Shown here in pieces: positions 45,070-53,212 of a DNA stretch of 54,968 nt. Position numbers and translations under genes: made by a program. The stretch is from Verrucomicrobia bacterium UBA1263 (GTDB lineage Bacteria; Verrucomicrobiota; Verrucomicrobiia; Limisphaerales; UBA1412), in the NCBI GenBank assembly GCA_002308515.1, contig DBVN01000028.1:16177-71144 (forward strand), read 5' to 3'. Numbering within the stretch: the first letter of the stretch is position 1; each line of letters starts with the position of its first letter. Below the pieces are notes generated by a model that saw only the letters and a program-made list of their open reading frames with translations, ran no database searches and was not told where the DNA came from.

Positions 45070-45171
45070 TTACTTCTGCCAAGTGCGCTTCTTATGGCGA
45101 TTTTCACGCATCTTCTTACGGCGCTTGTGCTTATTGATCTTCGATTTACGACGTTTTTTCAGTGATCCCAT
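45070..45171 (-). CDS. bS22-like small ribosomal protein (AURKAIP1/COX24-type basic peptide), 33 aa, not in ORF track
   Basis: The minus strand translates to MGSLKKRRKSKINKHKRRKKMRENRHKKRTWQK. This is close to the MGSxxKKRRxxMxKKKHRK pattern of bacterial bS22. It starts 19 nt after the hisG stop and is followed by a terminator. Confidence 0.6.
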   Translation of the reverse strand: MGSLKKRRKSKINKHKRRKKMRENRHKKRTWQK

Positions 45172-45190
45172 AGTTAATCAATTTCTTCTG

Positions 45191-46072
45191 TTAAAATACA
45201 ATCTTATTCAAAGGATATTCAATAATCCCCTCCCCGCCAGCATTTTTAAGCTGAGGAATCAGCTCTCTGACGGCAGATTCGTCTATGATTGTTTCGACAG
45301 CCACCCACCCGGGGAGGCTCAACTCGGCTATTGTAGGATTTTTGAGGGCAGGAAGTCCAGCAAGTAATTTATCTAAATTTTTTCTTTCGACATTTAATTT
45401 GAGTCCAACCTTGCGCTCCGCGGCCAAAGCTCCGTTCAGCATCATCACTATCGTGTTGATTTTCTGACGCTTCCAATCATCCTTCCAAGAATCATGATTC
45501 ACAATCAGTCTCGGGGTGGATTCCAGGAGGGTATCAATTATTTTTAATCTCGCCGCTCTCAAACTGCTTCCGGTTTCGGTCACATCTACGATGGCATCCA
45601 CCAATTCACGGGCTTTTACCTCTGTCGCGCCCCAAGAGAACTCGACCTCCGCGGTCACCCCGTTTTTAGCAAGGTAATCTTTCGTCAAATTAACGACTTC
45701 TGTTGCTATTCTCTTTCCTTGCAAATCCTTAACAGTTTGAATAGGAGATTCCTCCGGCACAGCCAGGACCCAGCGAGCCGGGCGGCTGCTGACTTTGCTG
45801 AAACAAAATTCTCCTATTTCCTTGACGTTGGAGCGGTTCTCACAGATCCAGTCATAACCGGTCAAACCACAATCCAAATATCCATGCTCCACATAACGGC
45901 TGATCTCCTGAGCGCGGAAAAGGCGAACATCCAGTTCATCATCATCCACATGAGGTGTATAAGAACGGCTGGAAGTCTGGATATGCCATCCGGCTTTAGC
46001 CATTTTCTCGAAGGTTGCTTCCTGTAAGCTCCCCTTGGGGAGTCCCAATCTCAAAACATTCTTGTCGCTCAT
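45191..46072 (-). CDS. hisG: ATP phosphoribosyltransferase, long form with C-terminal regulatory domain
   Basis: LRLGLPKGSLQE N-terminus, DLVDAIVDVTETGSSLRAA-type PRPP region (ELVDAIVDVTETGSSLRAARL), and a roughly 80-aa C-terminal domain. Confidence 0.9.
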   Translation of the reverse strand: MSDKNVLRLGLPKGSLQEATFEKMAKAGWHIQTSSRSYTPHVDDDELDVRLFRAQEISRYVEHGYLDCGLTGYDWICENRSNVKEIGEFCFSKVSSRPARWVLAVPEESPIQTVKDLQGKRIATEVVNLTKDYLAKNGVTAEVEFSWGATEVKARELVDAIVDVTETGSSLRAARLKIIDTLLESTPRLIVNHDSWKDDWKRQKINTIVMMLNGALAAERKVGLKLNVERKNLDKLLAGLPALKNPTIAELSLPGWVAVETIIDESAVRELIPQLKNAGGEGIIEYPLNKIVF

Positions 46073-46169
46073 AGTTCTATACCGTCAGCCATTGCAGCCT
46101 CAGGCTATCAATGGCAGTAGCGTATAAAAGCTACTGCCAAATTTCAACTCTGAAAGCAGGATTCCTTTG

Positions 46170-48215
46170 TTATTTCAATAACTCCGGATCGATTTCCATG
46201 AAATCCGCCGCCGCGTTCAGGAAGTGCGCAGTGATCCAAAACACCGTCCATCCTTCCGCGTAACCGCCTCGGAATTTGTAAATATTGCTCATATTGCCAT
46301 GCTGGGCAAAATTCGTATGCTGCAGCTGTTCCCCTTGAGAACCAAACGGATCTATCATTTGACCACAAGATCTGTACATCAGAAGAGCGACACGCTTCAG
46401 AGATTCCTTATTGAGATAAACTCCCAGCTTGTACAGATGCGGCGTGTACATCACGCCAAATACATCCAAATGCATATTCTGCGGAGAAACCGCCGTCCAG
46501 CCACGGGATTTAAACGCGTGGTTCCCCATCCGGGATGCCGGCATCGGAATATCCCACACAACTGTATAACATAAGGCGTTGTAAGCCGCGTGTTCCGCAT
46601 AGGCCAGATATTTAGCCTCATGAGTCAGCTCATAGGCAGCAAGAAAACCCTGGAACGCGGCCCAGGCACCTTCTTTATCTTCGCCGGTCGCGTCCAATGT
46701 TCCGCCCCAATAAGGTTCATCCATAGACAAATGACGTTTTGCATAATAATCCGCGGCCTTTAAAGCAGCCTGTCTGTATAGCGGCTCATTATATAACTCA
46801 CTGGCAATGCACAATGGAGAAATCAGAAAACCCTCATTTGTGGAAACCGGATTCCAGTCATCTGAAAGGATCCGTTTGGCATGGCAATCACACGCTTTCC
46901 GCAGAAAAGTTTCCCACTTACTGGTATCGTATTGAAATTTTCCTTCTTTGGCGACAATGATCGCCTTAGCCACATTATTCATTCCCTGTCCTTGAGAAAG
47001 AGGATCCTGTCCCTCCCAGCGATCATCATTTACGACATAATGGATCAGAAACCCTGATTCATTGAAAGGAGCCTCTGAGAGCTTATCCAATGATTTCTGG
47101 ATCTTTTCATCCACCTTGGGATCATCCAGGAAGGGTTTCAATCTTTGCAACGCGTAACCGGGCACGGCAGCCTGGCCACACCAGCCAAACACATAATGCG
47201 GACCGTAATTCTCTGGATACATGCAAAAACCCGCACCTTTGTCATTCTCAAAATACCGTTTGCAGGCAAACCTGTACTTCTCATGAATGATTTCAGAAAA
47301 TGACGGCATATCCTCCACATAGTAAGGTTTGAAAATATCCATACTGGTATCCACGGAATGAATAAATCCGCTGCCTCGCTGTTTCACAGGATACGTTTCC
47401 ACATAAAACGTTTTTTCGATGATGCCACCCGGTTCCACATTCATCCAGGTATCGCCATACTTCATAGGCGCTCTTTGCAGAGCTTTCGCGAAACTTCTCT
47501 TGCCATTCCAAGCCACCGGCCCGGATAGAAGGGTCAGCTGTGTTGAATCCTCCTGAGCGATCGTTCCCAGAGACCACCACATATCCGGGATATTACTCTC
47601 CGGAACCAAAGTCGGAAGCGTATGCAATGCCACTCCGTAAAGAGTACCGTCTGCCTCTACTTCCGCGGAAACAAAAGGCATGGGAAAATGATGTTCCTCA
47701 AACATCGCTTCGGGCGCGACTTTCTTATCAAAAGTAGGCATCCAGCCGCCATGCTTATAACCGGAAGGATTACCATAATTGATGACACCCGGCAGCATCA
47801 CTCGATCCGTATAGGAAGGTGTTTGCCATTTGATGGAAAGAGTTACTTCTTTCAGAGTCTCTTTTCCTGTCCATTCAAACCGGCGTATACACTTCACACG
47901 ATCCCCTTCCGCACGGTATGCGTCCCGCAGATTCCAGGTTCCTTCCGGCAACTGGATCGAACCGTATAGAATAGTCCAATCGCCGTTCTTTTCAAAACGA
48001 TCCGCTTGCGCGTATTTCCAGTCAGCAGGCCAGTCATTCTCCCAATGTGCAGAAATAGACCAGAGACCTTCCGGGGAAGGCGTTAGCAACACCTTCCCGT
48101 TTTTACTGAAACAAGGGATGTATTTTTCATTCGATTTGTTGACACTGAAATCCGTCGCCGCGGCGTTGAAACCCAGTGTCAGCAAACCAAGCAATATCCA
48201 TTGAGTTTGTTTCAT
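46170..48215 (-). CDS. secreted protein of unknown family, probable helical-barrel glycan-active enzyme
   Basis: Signal peptide MKQTQWILLGLLTLGFNAAA. The C-terminal half is rich in paired amphipathic helices with aromatic/acidic loops (WGGTLDATGEDKEGAWAAFQGFLAAYELT). Sits in an operon with GH127 and the NPCBM protein. The family call is a guess. Confidence 0.4.
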   Translation of the reverse strand: MKQTQWILLGLLTLGFNAAATDFSVNKSNEKYIPCFSKNGKVLLTPSPEGLWSISAHWENDWPADWKYAQADRFEKNGDWTILYGSIQLPEGTWNLRDAYRAEGDRVKCIRRFEWTGKETLKEVTLSIKWQTPSYTDRVMLPGVINYGNPSGYKHGGWMPTFDKKVAPEAMFEEHHFPMPFVSAEVEADGTLYGVALHTLPTLVPESNIPDMWWSLGTIAQEDSTQLTLLSGPVAWNGKRSFAKALQRAPMKYGDTWMNVEPGGIIEKTFYVETYPVKQRGSGFIHSVDTSMDIFKPYYVEDMPSFSEIIHEKYRFACKRYFENDKGAGFCMYPENYGPHYVFGWCGQAAVPGYALQRLKPFLDDPKVDEKIQKSLDKLSEAPFNESGFLIHYVVNDDRWEGQDPLSQGQGMNNVAKAIIVAKEGKFQYDTSKWETFLRKACDCHAKRILSDDWNPVSTNEGFLISPLCIASELYNEPLYRQAALKAADYYAKRHLSMDEPYWGGTLDATGEDKEGAWAAFQGFLAAYELTHEAKYLAYAEHAAYNALCYTVVWDIPMPASRMGNHAFKSRGWTAVSPQNMHLDVFGVMYTPHLYKLGVYLNKESLKRVALLMYRSCGQMIDPFGSQGEQLQHTNFAQHGNMSNIYKFRGGYAEGWTVFWITAHFLNAAADFMEIDPELLK

Positions 48216-48226
48216 TTCATGAATTT

Positions 48227-50257
48227 CTATTTCTCTGCTGTAGGAAACGCGGAAATTCTTAAACGAGCCGCCCCCATCGGAACCAGAGTGATATTCTCCA
48301 CTTTCTCCGAACGAGGATCATCTTCATAAGGCAGAACAGCGCACAACTTATATTCATCCAGCGTCCAGGAAGGCACCTTCCGTCCTTTCGCTGTAAAGCT
48401 CAGCGGCACTGTTGACAGAGTGAAAGGATTATTATCTGCAGGCCATTCGGATTTCTGCACCTTGATGGGCGCGTCCGTCACTAGCGCGTAATTCCAATCG
48501 GAATCCGGATAGATCTCGTATGAAGGCCAAGCGGAAGGATCCGCGTTCGGCTGCCATTTTGAATCTCTGATCGCAGTTTCCTTACTGTCCTTCTTTTCAT
48601 AGCGTTCCGCGATCTTGAGAGAAAGAGTCAATGGGCCGTAATTTACACTGACGCTGTTCTTATTTACCTGCCAGGTGTGGTATGTGATCTCCATCGGCAG
48701 CACCAGTTTCACCGTATCGCCATTATCCCATTTGCGAGAGATACAAACATACCCCTTGCCATCCAGTTTGGATTTGACCCGCTTCCCATTCACATAAACA
48801 GACGCTGATTTTGTCCAGGACGGGATCCTCAAATAAAGCGGAAAATCAACTGTTTTGAGTGTACGGACATTGAATTCGACACTTTCTTCAAATGGATAGT
48901 TGGTCGTCTGTTCCAAAATGACCTGAGTCCCGTCACCTACTCTGGCTTTGGTCATGCTGGAGCTGTAAAGAACAGCCGCCAAACCATTATCCGGTGTGGC
49001 ATAAACCAAATGCTCCGCGTAATACGGCCATGCAAAGCCGTGATTGTGTTGACAGCAGCGGCTGCTGAACGGATTCATAGCCAGGAAGGGACCGCCATTC
49101 TGGATGCCGGGACTGTGGTTCTCTGAATCACTCAGTACATGATTGGGACAAGTTATATAACGCAGAGATTTATAATCCGGCATGAACGCGGCAGGATAGC
49201 TGTTGAAAGCGACATCTTCGCAATTCTCCGCCCAGTAAGGATCCCCTGTGATCTGAAGCATGATCTCATCCGAGGACATCTGCTCGGCAAAACCACAGGT
49301 TTCCGTTCCCTGGCGTGGATCAAAGAAACCGATTCGACAATTTTCATCCGAGCCAAACATACCGCCGGGAACCTGACCATAAGCGCGGCGCACCAGACTT
49401 TGAACATTGTAGCTGGCTTTGCGCATCTTCTCATCTCCGTTAAAAAGATACCAGGTCGCCGGCTCACGGAAACACTGAGCTATATTAACATTGTGCCAGT
49501 TCGGAAGCTCTGTGGAGCGTGTCCAGTTCGCGGTATTCTTGTGGATTTTTTCACCCAGCTTAAGCAGTTCAGGATCTTTTGTGCGATTATACAGCCAGAC
49601 CACACTCCAGAGATTATCACCGCCGCGGCTGTTCTCCCAGTAACTGGAAAGAAAATCCTCATCTTTGACGCTCAGCTGATAATGAGCGTACTTGGTCATG
49701 AACGGAATAACACGGGAATCCCCGGTATATTCATAATAATCCTGAAGGATCCACAGCGCGATCATGTTCGGCCAGAAATCCTGCTTGCCTTTATACGCGG
49801 GACCAAAATTGCCATCCTCACGCTGGCTGTCCAGAATAGCGTCGATCCAGTATTTCGCTTCCTTGAACATATCCTCATTCCCGGTAGCGTCCTTCATGAT
49901 GTAAGACAAGCTCGCGTAACCGCGAAGCCAGTAGGGAACTTCCTCCCAGCCCCACTTGCCGCCGGACTTCAGCCAGGCATTATCATCTTTTTGGAGCCAG
50001 GCACTGATTTCTCCCAAATGGCCATTCAAACCATCTCGCTGGAGCTCCAGCTGACGCATCAGCCATCCGCCGGGAATAATGCTTCCATTGGGCAGCTTGA
50101 TCAAACTCTGTGCCTGCAAAGGAGCTTGATTGCTCACATAATAGCTGTTAGATGCCGTTGTCGGGATCGTGTCAACGACCGTAACGGTTGTTTCGACAGC
50201 CTGGCCAGCTAAACAGGAGGCCAGCGCTACAAGTATCATTGTTAATGTTTTTTTCAT
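48227..50257 (-). CDS. glycoside hydrolase family 127/146-like (beta-L-arabinofuranosidase fold, DUF1680)
   Basis: Signal peptide. Zn/catalytic signature E-T-C (GTETCGF), and 80 aa later C-C (SSRCCQHNHG). This matches the Glu338/Cys340 ... Cys417/Cys418 arrangement of characterised GH127. Confidence 0.75.
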   Translation of the reverse strand: MKKTLTMILVALASCLAGQAVETTVTVVDTIPTTASNSYYVSNQAPLQAQSLIKLPNGSIIPGGWLMRQLELQRDGLNGHLGEISAWLQKDDNAWLKSGGKWGWEEVPYWLRGYASLSYIMKDATGNEDMFKEAKYWIDAILDSQREDGNFGPAYKGKQDFWPNMIALWILQDYYEYTGDSRVIPFMTKYAHYQLSVKDEDFLSSYWENSRGGDNLWSVVWLYNRTKDPELLKLGEKIHKNTANWTRSTELPNWHNVNIAQCFREPATWYLFNGDEKMRKASYNVQSLVRRAYGQVPGGMFGSDENCRIGFFDPRQGTETCGFAEQMSSDEIMLQITGDPYWAENCEDVAFNSYPAAFMPDYKSLRYITCPNHVLSDSENHSPGIQNGGPFLAMNPFSSRCCQHNHGFAWPYYAEHLVYATPDNGLAAVLYSSSMTKARVGDGTQVILEQTTNYPFEESVEFNVRTLKTVDFPLYLRIPSWTKSASVYVNGKRVKSKLDGKGYVCISRKWDNGDTVKLVLPMEITYHTWQVNKNSVSVNYGPLTLSLKIAERYEKKDSKETAIRDSKWQPNADPSAWPSYEIYPDSDWNYALVTDAPIKVQKSEWPADNNPFTLSTVPLSFTAKGRKVPSWTLDEYKLCAVLPYEDDPRSEKVENITLVPMGAARLRISAFPTAEK

Positions 50258-50276
50258 ATTTATGGATATTTTAAAT

Positions 50277-53090
50277 TTATTCTATCACGAGCCAGGTGCA
50301 ACCATTTGCAGGAATTTTTACTTTCAGTTCCACGGTATAATCCCGATTGAGTTTATACACCTGGGCAGGATTCTCCCCTTCGCGAATATTCGCTTCTTCA
50401 CTCAATCCTGTGTAATAAAGCGGCAAACGGATATTTCTCTCTATGTCCTCATCTAAAGGATTAAACAAAAGAGCAAAGCCTTTTTCTTTCTCATTCGGAT
50501 TCACATGCAGAAATCCATCCCAATCCCGTCCATCCGCCTTACGAAGGTGAATGATATCACTGTTCAGGATATTGCGATACTTTTTGTACCAGGCGATCGT
50601 TTCTTTCACCACGGCTTTCGTCTCATCCGTATCATATAACCTGGGGCCGCGATAACAAGCTTGGACAGCGGCACCATAGTTTTGGATCATGTGCATTCTA
50701 TACGCGTCCAGGTGTTCTGAAAGAGGTTCCAGTGTCGCGGCTGCTCCGCCTCCATGATACTGCACCAATGGGACAAACGTCCAGCAGGCGGAAGCCGGAC
50801 GATCGTAAGTTCCCATAAAATTGATCTGCCGTCCATGGATCAGTTGACGGTCACGCGGCAGTGACCAGTTTGTCTCACGATAACCGATCCCCACCTTGGT
50901 AGAACCGCTTAAAAGATAAAAATCAGGCACGTTGATGTATATCCCGTTCTCACACATCCAGCGGTAAAGTTCCGTGATTTTTTGAAATTGCTTCCACTGG
51001 GAATCTTCCAGCCCCACATGATAGGTGTGATTAGTCGATGCACAGACATTTCCGGGATAGGAACCATCATGCTCGAAAACCGTCATGCCTGTTTTTGTGA
51101 AAAAGTTTTTGATCTTATCAAAATAATCATATCCCCAATCACTGCAAAGGCAGGGTGAACTTCCAAAAATCATCCCACCTCTTTTCCCGGTTTTGGGATT
51201 GATCACATCCACTTCGTCACTGATCCATCTGCTGGACAGCAGCGAATATCCGCCCATTTCTATGCCTTTGCTTTTTGCGTAATCCACAAATTCCTTGAAA
51301 TGAGCGTAGTATTCTTCCTCAGTCTTTTCCATGTTCAGACCAGATCCAAAACTCAGGATGATCATTTCATATCCCACTTCAGCACACTGATCCACCGCTC
51401 TTTTCACCACTTCCGGATCTGTCGAGGTCAAATGAAGAAAGATAGGATTCTCTGTCACCCACGGAGCGATCGTCGTGTACATTCTGCGTTTGAACAAACC
51501 CTGCCGCTCCCGGTCATCGCTGTCCATCGGCATTTCATAGACATCAAAGGAAGAAAAAGCACTTCCGGCTTTCAATATCTCACCCGGCCCCAAAGGCGGT
51601 TTCACTTCCAGGATACAAGGTGTCACCCTGGGATAATTGCACTGGGAAGAATAATCTGGATCGATCACCCAATTCTCTGTTTTATCCGCTTCTTTCTCGG
51701 TAAAACCGTGGAAACCGTAATTGCTTTCCACATGGATATTAGGTAGACGGAATTTGTCAGGCCGGGTCTCTTCGACCGGCGATTCCGGCTCGGAAAAAGC
51801 CAGAGATTCCAGCTTGAAACTGTCCACCTTGATAGACTCACCAGCTCCGTTGAAAACCTCCATACTCTTTCTGATCACAGGCAGACGATCATACAGCGCG
51901 TAATGCAGCTTCACTGTCACATCCTTTATCTTCTCCGGCCCAGCCAAAACAAAAGTCAGCACTTTCCCGGTCGGCGCGGTCTTATTCAACGCCCATCTGC
52001 TGCGTGCCCAGTGGATATTCTCCTGGATATCACTGATTTCAAAATCGATCACATGAAATGAATTTGTCAGTTTCTGCATTTGCTCCAGCCATTCACGTCT
52101 GATATATCCCCTTTCCGGCTGACCGGATAAGCCTCCCAGGCTATAATTCACACCATTGATAGAAACAAAACCTTCCGGGCTGACTGCTCGCAACATATTT
52201 TCCTCTGTCATCCGGTTGACGATATCCACCGTTGCCAAATCAGGCGTTATCTTGAAAACACGAGCCACCAGATCATTCGCCAAAACCAAACTTGTCCCTT
52301 GATCCGCGCTGTAAACTCCTGCTTTTGAACTCTCGGAATGGATCAGCCAATCATACGAAACACGGGACAGCGGCCACTCGACAGACGGCAAAGCCAGAGC
52401 TTTGGTCTGGAGTCTCTGCTGGATCTCGCCCTGATCAACATCCCGACTCTGTGTATAATCAGCATCCACCACAACAGGAGCCTCTCCCGTATATTCAATA
52501 ACAGGATGGATCCACAGAGCATGATCTCCACTGGGACCTTTTTCGCCGGAATCCACCGTCAGCTCCAAAATTTCAATTCCTTTCAGATCCAGGTCGATTT
52601 CTTTGGGCGTATCTCCCTGAGAAATGATTCCACTGGTATAAAGCTCCCGACCATCTCCCAGCACTCGGAAAAGAACCTCACCCCGATCGACCGTACCGTT
52701 TTCCCCTTCGATCCCTGCGAAAAACTTTTCATTTCCCAAAGTATGATAAAACACACGTTTTCCATCAGCCAAAGGAACCGTTGTTACCCCTTTATCGGTA
52801 TAATCTGTCTTGTTGTCCGCGACTCCGACCAGTCCCTTGAAACGGAGAGCATTCTTTTTCAAATCCAGCTTGATCACGCTTTTGGAATGCACCCCGATAA
52901 CATCCGAATAAAGAGTACCCGCAACATACGCGGCATCTCCTGTAACACTCTTATTGACCTGAAGCACTCCATACTGCTGATACGCCTTGGACAAGTCCAT
53001 CTGTGTCAACGAAATATCTTCTGCCCTTAAAAATGAGGAAAACAAAAACGCGAAAACAGCCCAAACTATAACACTCGTTCTTTTGATCAT
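50277..53090 (-). CDS. NPCBM-domain protein with large uncharacterised TIM-barrel-like catalytic region
   Basis: ATG 53090 is preceded by GAGG and gives signal peptide MIKRTSVIVWAVFAFLFSSFLRA; an alternative ATG lies at 53117. The N-terminal NPCBM/NEW2-like module is GVLQVNKSVTGDAAYVAGTLYSDVIGVHSKSVIKLDL...FKGLVGVADN. The catalytic family was not recognised. Confidence 0.6.
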   Translation of the reverse strand: MIKRTSVIVWAVFAFLFSSFLRAEDISLTQMDLSKAYQQYGVLQVNKSVTGDAAYVAGTLYSDVIGVHSKSVIKLDLKKNALRFKGLVGVADNKTDYTDKGVTTVPLADGKRVFYHTLGNEKFFAGIEGENGTVDRGEVLFRVLGDGRELYTSGIISQGDTPKEIDLDLKGIEILELTVDSGEKGPSGDHALWIHPVIEYTGEAPVVVDADYTQSRDVDQGEIQQRLQTKALALPSVEWPLSRVSYDWLIHSESSKAGVYSADQGTSLVLANDLVARVFKITPDLATVDIVNRMTEENMLRAVSPEGFVSINGVNYSLGGLSGQPERGYIRREWLEQMQKLTNSFHVIDFEISDIQENIHWARSRWALNKTAPTGKVLTFVLAGPEKIKDVTVKLHYALYDRLPVIRKSMEVFNGAGESIKVDSFKLESLAFSEPESPVEETRPDKFRLPNIHVESNYGFHGFTEKEADKTENWVIDPDYSSQCNYPRVTPCILEVKPPLGPGEILKAGSAFSSFDVYEMPMDSDDRERQGLFKRRMYTTIAPWVTENPIFLHLTSTDPEVVKRAVDQCAEVGYEMIILSFGSGLNMEKTEEEYYAHFKEFVDYAKSKGIEMGGYSLLSSRWISDEVDVINPKTGKRGGMIFGSSPCLCSDWGYDYFDKIKNFFTKTGMTVFEHDGSYPGNVCASTNHTYHVGLEDSQWKQFQKITELYRWMCENGIYINVPDFYLLSGSTKVGIGYRETNWSLPRDRQLIHGRQINFMGTYDRPASACWTFVPLVQYHGGGAAATLEPLSEHLDAYRMHMIQNYGAAVQACYRGPRLYDTDETKAVVKETIAWYKKYRNILNSDIIHLRKADGRDWDGFLHVNPNEKEKGFALLFNPLDEDIERNIRLPLYYTGLSEEANIREGENPAQVYKLNRDYTVELKVKIPANGCTWLVIE

Positions 53091-53154
53091 ACTGAACCTC
53101 AACAAACCGGCCTCCATGATACTCCAAAAGAACCATTATCGTCAACTATACTCC

Positions 53155-53196
53155 CAAAAACAAAAAACTGGCTCCGTTATAAAATGGAGCCAGTTC
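53155..53196 (-). terminator. rho-independent terminator after the LRR gene
   Basis: Stem AACTGGCTCC / GGAGCCAGTT (53166-53175 / 53186-53195). The minus-strand tail is UUUUUUGUUUUU. Confidence 0.75.
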
Positions 53197-53212
53197 CAAT
53201 CAATTTAAAAAC

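Noticed and set aside
45005-45367. 120-aa plus-strand ORF
   Set aside because: It is antisense to the bS22-like peptide gene and to the 3' end of hisG. The Arg/Phe/Leu-rich translation mirrors the Lys/Arg-rich peptide on the other strand.
49139-50212. 357-aa ORF on the plus strand
   Set aside because: It is antisense to the GH127-like gene. It has no motifs, and the composition is typical of a shadow ORF.
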